From positions 1-64,000 of the IMG/VR virus record IMGVR_UViG_2832410175_000003: a DNA stretch of 64,000 bases; one strand, 5' to 3'. Shown here in pieces: positions 49,403 through 58,974 of this stretch. Position 1 is the first letter of the stretch. Every line of letters starts with the position of its first letter. The position numbers and the translations under genes are program-made. The stretch is from a virus. Its lineage: Duplodnaviria; Caudoviricetes. A model generated the notes under the pieces. That model worked only from the letters and a program-made list of their open reading frames with translations, searched no databases and had not been told where the DNA came from.

Positions 49403-52348
49403 TCAACTTGTCATTTTCTGCTTTTTCTCGATGTTCGCTCGGAGGATCTTCGCAATTTCCTGCATAGTGTGAGGTCGATTTCGTTCTTTGCGACGTTCTT
49501 CTTTTTCTGCTTCGTAGAGCTCTTCGAACACACGGCGTTTTGCCTCATACGCCTCAAATGTATAACCGTACAGCTTTACACTACCTGTCAGGCATTCGGT
49601 CGCGATCTGAATTGGCTCACGGCTCGTCTCGAGCATCTCGTAGAACGAAGAGTTCGCCGTCCCGAACAAAGAATCGAAGAGCAGCTTACTCACGTCTGAA
49701 TTTTCTTCTTTCTCCATGTCACGCAAGATAACATACATAGTAGCCGTATTGCATTTGTATTTTCCAACATATTCAATCAAATCTCGCTTAATTTCCTTGA
49801 TTTCATCCCAGTATGCTTCGTAACGTTCATTGGCATCATGATTATCTCCATCTTTAACAGGAGATGCCAGAGCTCCATAAATGGAAGCTATCTGTCTGCG
49901 AGCATCCCGGACAGCTTCGATGAACTTCCGTGCCAGCTCATACCGCGCTCCGGCCGTACCGACCATTACCGGGTCGATTACATAACTAAAGGGCTTGTTT
50001 GCTTTGTACGAGCCTCTCCAAAACCGGCAGCGGTTGATTGTGTGCTGAACGTAGTCCATCGTGGTTTTGTGAAACAGATAGGCTTTCTTTTCGCTGTCGT
50101 AGTATCCTTTACGGCGAGCCAGCGTCCCGAAGAAGTTCGGTTTAATCGCGCGACCCTTGTCGTCGCGGCGCTCATACTTAGCCTTCAGTCGCTTATACTC
50201 GTCGCGGTTGTTTACCACGAATTCTTTTTTTGCTTTGTCAATTTCCAGGCCACTCATGACATCCAGCATAGACGTGTCATAGTAAATCTCAGCCACATCC
50301 TCAAAAGCCGCGCCGCTGTTGAGCTTATCCCAAAGCAGACTGTTAAGCTCCTGAGAAAGGTTGATAATCTCGCCGATCATATTTTCGCTAGTTTTGATGT
50401 CGAGGTCTGTCTGCTGGGCACTGGTATAAGCACGCTTGGTTTTTTTAGACTCAACCAACGAAGTCGGAACTTTGAAGAGGGAGTAATTCTTCTCAGCCGC
50501 TTTAATCAGCATTGGATCGTCAGTCAACATACATGTGTCCGAGTCAAAATCAGCGCCTGACAATCTTTGTAAAATATTTTCGCCGATAGAATTCAAGCAT
50601 ACGATTTCTTCTGTTAAGTTCATATACCGGCGCACTTCAGGCACATACAGGTTGTCCGCCAGCAAGATATTCCCCTGACACACATGCGGACTGCGCGACC
50701 CCAACAGACGCTGACCTTCATCAAACCGCAGTGACATCACATGACCGGCCGGGATAGACGACTCGCCGTCGAACTGCCCGATAGACGCTTTCAGCATTTC
50801 CAGTGGATTGCCGACCAGAGTCGAATAATTACCGTTGACCAAAACATGTCCGCGACGGATGTTGTTCTGATACGCACGAATCAGCCCGTCTCGGAACTCG
50901 GCATACATCTGCGTCTGTGCGAATCTGTCGTTGATACCCAACAGACGGAAGATAATGTCGTTTCTGGTCAGCAGGGGAGATTTCATCTCACTAGCCGCCG
51001 ACTGCTGTTTCAGATGATAGCGCATAACCGCCGGATTGTTCTTCAGCTGTCGCATGTACTCGATGGACGGCTCGAGGAACTCATCCACCTCTTCCTGCGA
51101 CATCTGCAGAGTATTCAGCAATTGATAATGGGTAGACACCATACGTCCGTCAAAGAAGTGCGTCTTCTTCTCATGCTTTACCACACCGAACATAGGGTCG
51201 GTGCGCTTCAGCCACTCGCGCAGCCGGCCAAACTTCAAATACTTAATGCTGGACGGCGTAGTTATCAGCTTGATGTCCTCTATGGACTTCGCCAACGTGA
51301 ATCCGTTCAGCTGCTCGATTTTCGTAATCCCGTGGTCAGCAAGGAACTGTTGAATGTTCGCGTTGAAGCAGCAGGACTTGAAAAATCGGTTCCGGAGCAG
51401 CAGCATGCCGTACTGCTCGTACTTGGGGCCAAACAGGGACTTGTCCATCAAAGACTGACCGTCCCAGATGCTGTTCGTGATCTCGACGTGCTCGGGGCCA
51501 GACACCAGATGACCGTCTTCACGCACTCTGGTCGCGATAACGTCATCCGTAAACGTGCTCTCAAAATCATCGATTACCAGAAAGTTCTCCGGCCGCACCT
51601 CCAGCGTGTCCACAATAGAGCTTGCCGTCAGCGCGATATAGCTTTCCAGAGCAGCGAGGTCAATCGCCTGTCCCGGCTGCACTTTAATGCCGCACATCTC
51701 CCACTTGTGCATAGCAGGGTAGAGGCGTTCGTCGATGTACAAACATTTGCCGACACGAGAGGAACCGGCCGACCGCTTGTAACGAACATAATGGATGCCG
51801 TCACAATAGAAGCCTTTTTCGTAAAGCTCCTCGCGGATGTCAGCAACACTAACCTCAGTGGCAATGTTAATCTTCGCTTTGTACTGGCCGTCTTCCAGAT
51901 AAAAATACTTGCCGAGTACGGAAGGGGGTAGGGGGTTCTGGACATTCGTGTCACACTGGATGGCAATCAGCTCGCCGTCGACAACATACGCACAGTCATC
52001 CATATTCTCGGCAATCTCATCGTATCGCCAGCCGTTTTTGATGTACAGCGTCTTGCGGATACGATTGAATGCCTTGACGGCGTAATGCGCCGTCACGTTG
52101 ATAACACGGTGGGTGTATTCCTTACCGCCCAGCTCAAAAGAGAAATTCCTGCGGCGGTATACCCGCTCGTAGACATCTCTCAACTTGAGCAGGTCGAGCG
52201 AGTAATCCAGCGTGTTTCTGAATCGCTTCAGATTGAACCCGCCGTCCGAAGACCGGATGTTGTATCCGATCTCGGTTGGACGGTCATAGTGGTTTGCGAG
52301 GTAGACATCCTTGCCGTCCACACTTGGAATGTATACGGCATTCGTCAT
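49403..52348 (-). CDS. yonO: YonO-like single-subunit RNA polymerase
   Basis: KRSAGSSRVG, WDGQSL, LLRNRFFKS, RSPH and catalytic LSGADFDSD; upstream of late genes as in SPbeta. Confidence 0.85.
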   Translation of the reverse strand: MTNAVYIPSVDGKDVYLANHYDRPTEIGYNIRSSDGGFNLKRFRNTLDYSLDLLKLRDVYERVYRRRNFSFELGGKEYTHRVINVTAHYAVKAFNRIRKTLYIKNGWRYDEIAENMDDCAYVVDGELIAIQCDTNVQNPLPPSVLGKYFYLEDGQYKAKINIATEVSVADIREELYEKGFYCDGIHYVRYKRSAGSSRVGKCLYIDERLYPAMHKWEMCGIKVQPGQAIDLAALESYIALTASSIVDTLEVRPENFLVIDDFESTFTDDVIATRVREDGHLVSGPEHVEITNSIWDGQSLMDKSLFGPKYEQYGMLLLRNRFFKSCCFNANIQQFLADHGITKIEQLNGFTLAKSIEDIKLITTPSSIKYLKFGRLREWLKRTDPMFGVVKHEKKTHFFDGRMVSTHYQLLNTLQMSQEEVDEFLEPSIEYMRQLKNNPAVMRYHLKQQSAASEMKSPLLTRNDIIFRLLGINDRFAQTQMYAEFRDGLIRAYQNNIRRGHVLVNGNYSTLVGNPLEMLKASIGQFDGESSIPAGHVMSLRFDEGQRLLGSRSPHVCQGNILLADNLYVPEVRRYMNLTEEIVCLNSIGENILQRLSGADFDSDTCMLTDDPMLIKAAEKNYSLFKVPTSLVESKKTKRAYTSAQQTDLDIKTSENMIGEIINLSQELNSLLWDKLNSGAAFEDVAEIYYDTSMLDVMSGLEIDKAKKEFVVNNRDEYKRLKAKYERRDDKGRAIKPNFFGTLARRKGYYDSEKKAYLFHKTTMDYVQHTINRCRFWRGSYKANKPFSYVIDPVMVGTAGARYELARKFIEAVRDARRQIASIYGALASPVKDGDNHDANERYEAYWDEIKEIKRDLIEYVGKYKCNTATMYVILRDMEKEENSDVSKLLFDSLFGTANSSFYEMLETSREPIQIATECLTGSVKLYGYTFEAYEAKRRVFEELYEAEKEERRKERNRPHTMQEIAKILRANIEKKQKMTS

Positions 52349-52569
52349 TCAGTCACCTCGCCACTGTACTCGGCGCGGAGACGATCACGCATAGACAAGT
52401 GCGCGTCAGGGTCGCCCGCTTGGTAGTAACTCATTTCGAGCCAATATTCACTTGGCTCAAGATCTACCTATACAACTGCGTACCCGCAGACATCATCTGC
52501 TGTCATGTTGCAGGAGTTGTAGCGCGAGCAATACTCGCAGTCATCGTGGATGCAGTGGTTTTTCTTCAT
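52345..52569 (-). CDS. Small Cys-rich protein with an in-frame TAG at codon 34 (52468-52470)
   Basis: SD AAGGAG; frame stays open after the TAG and ends in ATGA overlapping the RNAP start. Confidence 0.5.
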
Positions 52570-52667
52570 TTGGTTTTCTCCTTTTATTGGTTTTCTGGCG
52601 GCAAAAGCGGCCGCCTCGCTCTCCTTATTTGTGTTTGCGTTCATAATATTTTGCACTTCCTTGAAAA

Positions 52668-53738
52668 TTAGTTTTCTGGTTTCTTGCGTCGTTTTTTATA
52701 TTTGCCACGCTTCCGCACCAGAAACAGAGGTTCAAGCTCGGCGGCTATCGCTTTGTTGCCGGTGTAAAATACGCGGGGGTTTAACATAATGCTTCCGACC
52801 GGCAAACCGTGGAACGGTTCTTTCAGCCGGGTCATAATCGTCTCCGTTCCTTTGCTGGTTCGGATGACTTGGTTGTAATAGAGGCTGGTCAACTCTCCGT
52901 AACCGCTTCGCTCATAGCCGCCAGCGGCACAAAGCCGAGCGGCGGTAAGAGGAGCCACCAGAAACGGATCATCCTGAAAGGGGTTCAGACAAAACACGTT
53001 GAAGTCCTTATGCAGATAAGGAAGCATCGGAAGCAGGTATTTCAGCCCCAGACTCATGGACTCAGTCCTATACATCTGTGCGATAGAGGAGAAATACATC
53101 CTCACATACCTGAAACCGCTTTGCTCCGCTTTCGTAGACTCGCGTCGTGTAATCTCACCCCTGCGAAACAGGTCTTGGTTGAACAACCACTCGCCGCGGT
53201 CATTCTGCCAGATGAAGTCTCTCTCTCGGAACGTCCTCAGCATCCCTTGAACAACTGGCGCGGTCAGTTGGAACACCTTTGACAAATAGTTCACGATGTC
53301 CGGCGGATACACATCAGCCGCAATCATCAGGTGCTTATCCGTAGTAGTCAGGAGCATCATCAGCTTTTGCGCCTCGGTTGGTGTGACGTCATAATAGCTC
53401 CCGCCTTCGAGCGGGACGCGTAGCCAGACGAAAGAGCCATAGGCCGGAGTGGCTGTTGAAACATCTCGCTGATAAGGTTTCGCGACTGGATTGGCTCCGA
53501 TATCTCTAATGCGTGCTTCAAAGAAGTCCGGGTCGAGATAACGGATATCCTTTGGCTCAAGTCTCACCTTGGGGTTGTAGTACCGCAGCACCGAGGTCGG
53601 AATATAAGCCCGCTGTCCATTGCCCTCCAGCGTGAAGGGAACAACGGCGGCGAACTCATGTAAATCAGCCCCGGCGTTGGCTATGTCACGCAGGGTCAGC
53701 TCGGCCAACTGCGTTTTTTCTGGCTGGGATTTACCCAT
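52668..53738 (-). CDS. Winged-helix DNA-binding / RepL-like replication protein
   Basis: Two wHTH-like halves ending WLFNQDLFRRG and IMLNPRVFYTG; adjacent to iterons. Confidence 0.5.
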   Translation of the reverse strand: MGKSQPEKTQLAELTLRDIANAGADLHEFAAVVPFTLEGNGQRAYIPTSVLRYYNPKVRLEPKDIRYLDPDFFEARIRDIGANPVAKPYQRDVSTATPAYGSFVWLRVPLEGGSYYDVTPTEAQKLMMLLTTTDKHLMIAADVYPPDIVNYLSKVFQLTAPVVQGMLRTFRERDFIWQNDRGEWLFNQDLFRRGEITRRESTKAEQSGFRYVRMYFSSIAQMYRTESMSLGLKYLLPMLPYLHKDFNVFCLNPFQDDPFLVAPLTAARLCAAGGYERSGYGELTSLYYNQVIRTSKGTETIMTRLKEPFHGLPVGSIMLNPRVFYTGNKAIAAELEPLFLVRKRGKYKKRRKKPEN

Positions 53739-53747
53739 GTTGCTTCC

Positions 53748-54014
53748 CGTCCTTCCAAATCGAACTCGCGTCCTTCCAAATCAAACTCGTCGTCCTTCCA
53801 AATCAAACTCGTCGTCCTTCCAAATCAAACCCTAATCATAAATACACTAATCATAAATACACTAATCATAAATACATAATCAAAAATACTTAATCATAAA
53901 TACATAGGCTGAGCTGGGCAGATTTTGAAAATGCCAGCCAGAGAAATGGAGAAATGGAATCACGCGGAATGAGGCTCACTCAGAATGAGGCTCACTCAGA
54001 ATGAGGCTTACTCA
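53748..54014. repeat. Iteron-like origin with three tandem repeat families
   Basis: 4x CGTCCTTCCAAATCAAACTCGT (53748-53831); 5x TAATCATAAATACA(C) (53833-53904); 3x GAATGAGGCTCACTCA (53967-54014). Confidence 0.8.
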
Positions 54015-54023
54015 AGAGGAGCG

Positions 54024-54404
54024 TCACGCTTCGTCTGAACGATTGGTCGGTATATAAATGCGCGGGGTAGAGAACTGACATTGGCTGTGTCGGCGAATCA
54101 GATGTGCTTCTTCAAGTTCCTTAAATATCTGCAGCGCTTTCTTCTCTCCACAAGAGATGTCGTTCATAACATCTTTGAGAGAGTAATAGATGAATGGCTC
54201 GCCATCTTCGTCAATCCATTCTGGCCGGCTTTTTGATAGCTGCATTCGATAGAGCATGAGAGAATACAGGATCTTCCCAGCCGGAGAGACAGACTTGAGG
54301 TCAGGAGTTACGGGGATAGGGATGAAATCGAATCCGCTGCGGCCATCGTAACTGCGGAACTTCGGGTTATTCTATGTCGTGTGGATAGCTGGTCGTTTTG
54401 CCAT
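54024..54404 (-). CDS. RepA_N-family replication initiator N-domain with an in-frame TAG at codon 11 (54372-54374)
   Basis: KILYSLMLYRMQLS...WIDEDGEPFIYYS...KELEEAHLI...PRIY; SD GGAGGAGG before ATG 54404. Confidence 0.7.
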
Positions 54405-55484
54405 CTGGATACCTCCTCCGCGGGGTAATTGGATTTTTTTGCTTCTATTAACTACTATACAAAAAAGGCGTTTTTGGGACGCGGAGTTGAAGAAAAAGAT
54501 GCATAAAGATTGAGAATTCTTTTGTGCATGTTGCTTAATGGAAAAATAGCTAGCTGAAGTAGGTCTTCTGGCTGGCTTAGACCTATGCAGCAATACTGAA
54601 ATAGATAAAGCCGACCATTAGACATTGGCCGGCTGTATTTATGACTGGATACGCCCCTGGGATAGAGTAGGTATGGATAGATGCGCCTGCTGTCGAAGAA
54701 CCATTTTTGTTCTGGCGGCAGAATTGAGCTGTAATCGCTTTTGACATATTGATGGGAAATTATACCACGAGAATACAAAAAGCCAGTACGGAGCATCCTG
54801 AGGCGAATACGGGGCATTGTAGGCAATATGTGGAAATACAGGAGGATAGAAGCAGTGCACAGGCGGCTTATAGAGGGTGTATGCGACGGGTCGCTCGGGG
54901 CAATTATTTAGTAGACTGTAAGCTATGGGAATACAAGCGAGTGTGGTGCTGTGTAGGACTACGGTAATAGTATTTCCTTCTGGCGGGAGATAAGGAAGCA
55001 ATGGGTTAGCTACAGGTTTGTTTAGCAGCTGTATGACAGGAGCTGTGGTAGAGCTTGCGTAGAGCTTCTGCAGAGCTCCAGTAGAGCTTCCTGGCTGGCT
55101 ATACTCGAGCTGACGGTTACAGCAGATTATAGGAATGCACCTTTTTCGAGTGTTCGGGAAAAGAGAGATGGCGAAAACTCGGGAACAGCGCACGAAATTG
55201 AGGAAACGGGGTTTGAAGAAGGGAAAAGGGAGGGGAAGGAGAGCGAAAGTTCGGGGAAAGAGGGGGAAAATATGGGGTAGAGTGAGATGAGGCAACTACC
55301 CTTCCTGAAACTGGTAAAATATCTGGAAAAGTGTAAAATATGCCCCCTATGATAAAAAAGAAGCATTTACACTGCTGAAAAGTACCGGAACGCTGTTTTA
55401 TAGTATACTCGAAAAGTCGATTTTCGGATCAGGCCCGTTCTGTGTATTTTTGTGCATTCTGTGCTTTTCTGTGCTTTTTCGCCC

Positions 55485-55525
55485 TGTGGGAAACCCTGTG
55501 CATAACTGCTTTTCCTTGTGGATAA
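55485..55525. promoter_or_regulatory. DnaA-box cluster
   Basis: TGTGGATAA 55517-55525 (perfect), TGTGCATAA 55497-55505, TGTGGGAAA 55485-55493. Confidence 0.5.
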
Positions 55526-55795
55526 CTCCATACAATATAGTTTTCAATACTACGTCGCTTGGTGTACTCTGTCCGCATATGCAGGGCGTGACAGAGGGCG
55601 AAAATTTCAAAAAATCGGCGCGCAGCACGACAGAAAAAATCTTTTTTGCGCGCTTTTTCTGATTTTTTCAAAAAACTTTTCCGCGCTCAAAACCCCTGTT
55701 TTCGCCTGTTTTCGCTTGTTTTGCGAACCCCTACGCGCGCGTGCGTTTTCATTATCTTTGAAAAAATTGCCCCAAAAATTTTTTGAAAAAAAGGG

Positions 55796-55824
55796 TTGAC
55801 AAGGGGGTACACCCGCGCTATAAT
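55796..55824 (+). promoter_or_regulatory. Consensus sigma-A early promoter
   Basis: TTGACA-17 bp-TATAAT with upstream A/T tracts. Confidence 0.9.
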
Positions 55825-55829
55825 GGAGA

Positions 55830-56800
55830 CACTCCAAAAGGGGGGTACACCCCAAAGACACCCGCTGTGCGGTGTACGGTATCCGGTTCGAGAAGTCGAA
55901 CGTTTAACTGTGCTACGCCGTTCACGGTGAAAAGGGCGGTTAAACTCCGTTAGGTGTCCACCTTGTGAGAAGTCATAGCCCCCGCGGACAGCATTCCGCG
56001 GACAGGCGTCGGGTATAGCACCCCGAACGTGCACGCCGAAAGTCGGCGCGGTATCGGAACGCGTATAGCGTGCATTATGACGAGCGCGGACACGGTGTAA
56101 ACCGTGTAGCGCGGACAGTGCGAAAGACCTGTGAACCACAGCGTACACAGTACGGGCACACAGTGCCAAGCGGAACGCAGTTCGGAAACACCGCCCAAAG
56201 CACCTTGAAAACTTAACAGGCGTGAAAGCTACTTTTCAAGCGCGGAATGCACCGCGCGGATAAAGTAGCAATGCGAAAACCTTAACCCTCTTTTTATATG
56301 AAAAGTCGCGCGGGGACATTCCACCGTTGCAATGCTCATTTGCAAACCACGGCGGAAAACCCCTGTAAAGTGAATGTGCGGTGTAGCTATCATCTGGTAA
56401 AGCCGTAAAGAAAACCTGTCAAGCGCGGAAAAGCGGAAAAAATGGTTAAGTAGTAGCGTGGAAAAAGTAGCGTCTCTGGTAGTCCGTGCTATACCGGAAG
56501 TACGACAGGAAAGACTTAACGCCTGCCCCTGTTCCGCTCTGTGAAAACAGCTAAGTCCGGTTTGAAAAACACGCTTTTCCCGTGTATGGATGAAAGCCTA
56601 TGCACGAACCGCGTCCAAAGTGGCACTTGGGGCGGGGGCACTACGAAAGCGGGGTGTAAACCCCTTTAGGAATCGGCGGACGCAAAAACCTAAAAGCGCA
56701 ACAGTACGATATTTTTGTATCTTTTACAAGCGCACAAGCTACGACTTGTGCGCTTTCTAAAGGACACAAGTCCCGACACAGAAAACCATATACACAACAG
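55830..56800 (+). ncRNA. Putative large structured leader / ncRNA
   Basis: ~1 kb with no plus-strand ORF between the promoter and the first gene; many hairpins; boxA-like GCACCTTGAAAACT at 56200-56213. Confidence 0.5.
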
Positions 56801-56815
56801 AAAGAGGTATTTATT

Positions 56816-57838
56816 ATGACTAAGAACAACACTACTGCAAAGGCAACCTTTAGCGCAAAGACCCTAAAAGCTATGTCCCTGTCCACCCTCGAAACCCTGT
56901 ATAACAGCGCAGACACCAAGCCCGCGCAGAAAGAGAAGGTAAAGGCTGTCTACACTGATAAGGTAAAGGAAGCAAACACCAAGACCCGCGCCGACTTTAT
57001 CGCTGAGTCTGCAAAGGGCACGGCTGAGGAATTCCTGCGCAAGCAGTTTATCACGGCACAGCGCGTAAAGGACGACGATAACGGCCTGCGCACCGTAGAA
57101 GTAAACGTTCGTATTCCGTTCACCGCTATTGACGCCTTTATGAAGAAGGAAAAAATGCCGGAAAAGACCCTCGCACATGACGCGGAATACTTCGAGTATA
57201 TTCAACGGTTCGCTGACAATATCGCCCTGTATCACGGCGATATGCTGTCCGATGAAAACCGCCCTGCAAAGGTGTCGCACCTGCGTTACGGCGTGAATAA
57301 GAAGGGCGAAGCGCGTATCATCGACTTCACCGCGCATGATGACAAGGCATTGTATTCTCAGCTTGACACAATCTTCATGATGATTCTTGGCAAGGATACC
57401 AAGATTCACCCGACGAACGCAAGCCTTCACTTCATCAAGACCTCTGCGGGCAATGCCAAGCGCAATGTGAACGGCGTCATGAAGATTGATCGAGATAAGT
57501 CTATCCTTGGCCTGATCCAGAACGTTATCGCAATGCGCATTGAAGAAAAGTCCTTTGCAGTAGACACCGGCGTAAAGGAAAAGAAGGTATCCGCGCCCAA
57601 GCAGACCAAGGCCGAGAAGAAAGCTGAGGACGCAATCGCCAAGAAGGAAACCGGCACGCCTAACGCGCTTTCTGGCAAGGTTGAAGAAGGCAAGAAGGAA
57701 TCCGTAGCAACCGAGAAGTCCGTGGCCTGCGCACGCAAGAATTCCGTTATCACTGCCAAGCCGGACGCCAAGACCGCACGCAAGAACCGTGCAATCGTAG
57801 AAAAGGCACGCAAGACCACCGCCAAGACCGCCAAGTAA
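56816..57838 (+). CDS. Basic Lys/Ala-rich early protein
   Basis: SD GAGGT; biased codons; histone-like tail KTARK..KARKTTAKTAK. Confidence 0.8.
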   Translation: MTKNNTTAKATFSAKTLKAMSLSTLETLYNSADTKPAQKEKVKAVYTDKVKEANTKTRADFIAESAKGTAEEFLRKQFITAQRVKDDDNGLRTVEVNVRIPFTAIDAFMKKEKMPEKTLAHDAEYFEYIQRFADNIALYHGDMLSDENRPAKVSHLRYGVNKKGEARIIDFTAHDDKALYSQLDTIFMMILGKDTKIHPTNASLHFIKTSAGNAKRNVNGVMKIDRDKSILGLIQNVIAMRIEEKSFAVDTGVKEKKVSAPKQTKAEKKAEDAIAKKETGTPNALSGKVEEGKKESVATEKSVACARKNSVITAKPDAKTARKNRAIVEKARKTTAKTAK

Positions 57839-57996
57839 ACGCAACCGCTTTTTCATAATCTGAAAGTATACGAAAACAGTATGCAATACATAGCAAAAAC
57901 AGGCGTGTCGCAATAAACCGGCACGCCTGAAAACACAAGCAAAAAGACCGCAGGGAAAGTGCACCCTTTTTTAGAATAAATCACCGTCTGCACAAT

Positions 57997-58025
57997 TTGA
58001 AAAATCCGCGCAAGCGTGATATAAT
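57997..58025 (+). promoter_or_regulatory. sigma-A promoter (extended -10)
   Basis: TTGAAA-17 bp-TATAAT, with TG at -15/-14. Confidence 0.75.
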
Positions 58026-58057
58026 ACGCCTATACCATAATTTTAGGCGGTGATACT

Positions 58058-58234
58058 GTGAGTAGTGAAGCATACAAGAAAGCAAACTATGAACGTGTAG
58101 TTTATCAAGTTCCAAAAGGAAACCGTGAGGTTTTGCAAAGAGAAGCAAACCTTCGCGGAAAATCCGTAAACGCGCTCATAACCGAAGCGTTAGAGGCTCA
58201 ATACGGTCTCGATCTCAGCAAGAAAACAAAATAA
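58058..58234 (+). CDS. Arc-like ribbon-helix-helix regulator (58 aa, not in ORF track)
   Basis: KANYERVVYQVPKG...EAN.RGKSVNALITEAL; own promoter and terminator (58248-58274). Confidence 0.75.
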   Translation: MSSEAYKKANYERVVYQVPKGNREVLQREANLRGKSVNALITEALEAQYGLDLSKKTK

Positions 58235-58309
58235 ATCCATTCACACAAGCACCCAATCCGGGTGCTTTTCTTTTACCCAAAACCGACACATAGAAAGGAA
58301 GTTTCACCT

Positions 58310-58654
58310 ATGAAAACCGCATTATCTCTTATTCTCGCAGCACTCACCACGACCGCAACCGCAACTGCAACCGTTCCGGCAGCAAATCCGATTGAAAATA
58401 AACCGGAAACGCGCACAATCGCTGGCGAAATCTATTCGGTTTCGTATCCAACCGATGACCGCGACTACTGTGTAACAACCATCGAGACGGAAGACGGCAA
58501 CTTCTGGAACATCGAGGACTACGTTGCACCGCGCAGGCATGCCGTGACCGTTCCGACGTATTTATCACGGACGATGCTGTCCGTGACGAAAACGGCCGTA
58601 TCATCGGCTGTAAGGCAATCGCCCGCATCTGATGATCTGCAACAAATGAAATGA
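58310..58654 (+). pseudogene. Secreted-type protein N-terminus fused out of frame to another gene's 3' end
   Basis: MKTALSLILAAL...TEDGNFW; a second frame at 58531-58632 encodes AQACRDRSDVFITDDAVRDENGRIIGCKAIARI*. Confidence 0.5.
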
Positions 58655-58668
58655 AAGGAGTGTTGCCT

Positions 58669-58776
58669 ATGATTGCCGAGCATGGGAAAAAGCCTGTGCC
58701 CAACAATAGAAAAGGCCGAGCCTTTCAGGTCTTGCAATCTGCACCGCAGGGCGGAGAACAAGAAACCGAAAGGTAA
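58669..58776 (+). CDS. Small peptide (35 aa)
   Basis: SD AAGGAG; MIAEHGKKPVP... Confidence 0.35.
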   Translation: MIAEHGKKPVPNNRKGRAFQVLQSAPQGGEQETER

Positions 58777-58911
58777 GTAATTTGAAAATGATTCCTGCCG
58801 GAAGGTTCTCGAGGGTTCATCCTTAAAGCCCTCATCCGCGCCGAAAGGCGGTGATAATCTGGTTGTCACAAAATAAAAACACCGACAAGCGCAAGCCTGC
58901 CGGTGTTGTCA

Positions 58912-58974
58912 TCAACCGCACTTGATTGCCAGTACGATCAGTGCAAAGCAAAGCACGAAGACGTTCTGCTCCAC
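58912..58974 (-). CDS. 20-aa hydrophobic peptide, type I toxin-like
   Basis: SD GGAGGGG; MEQNVFVLCFALIVLAIKCG; upstream TATAAT, downstream terminator. Confidence 0.5.
   Translation of the reverse strand: MEQNVFVLCFALIVLAIKCG

Noticed and set aside
1-52348. Genome-wide TAG recoding of late genes
   Set aside because: All structural genes and the RNAP are intact under code 11 with no in-frame TAG, and no CUA tRNA is seen in the window; only the sparse-readthrough version is kept.
53748-54014. Possible CRISPR array
   Set aside because: Repeats are contiguous with no unique spacers and no cas genes; better explained as iterons.
54455-55671. Minus-strand ORFs such as 54639..55295
   Set aside because: Low-complexity Pro/Leu/Phe composition arising from strand skew; no convincing SD.
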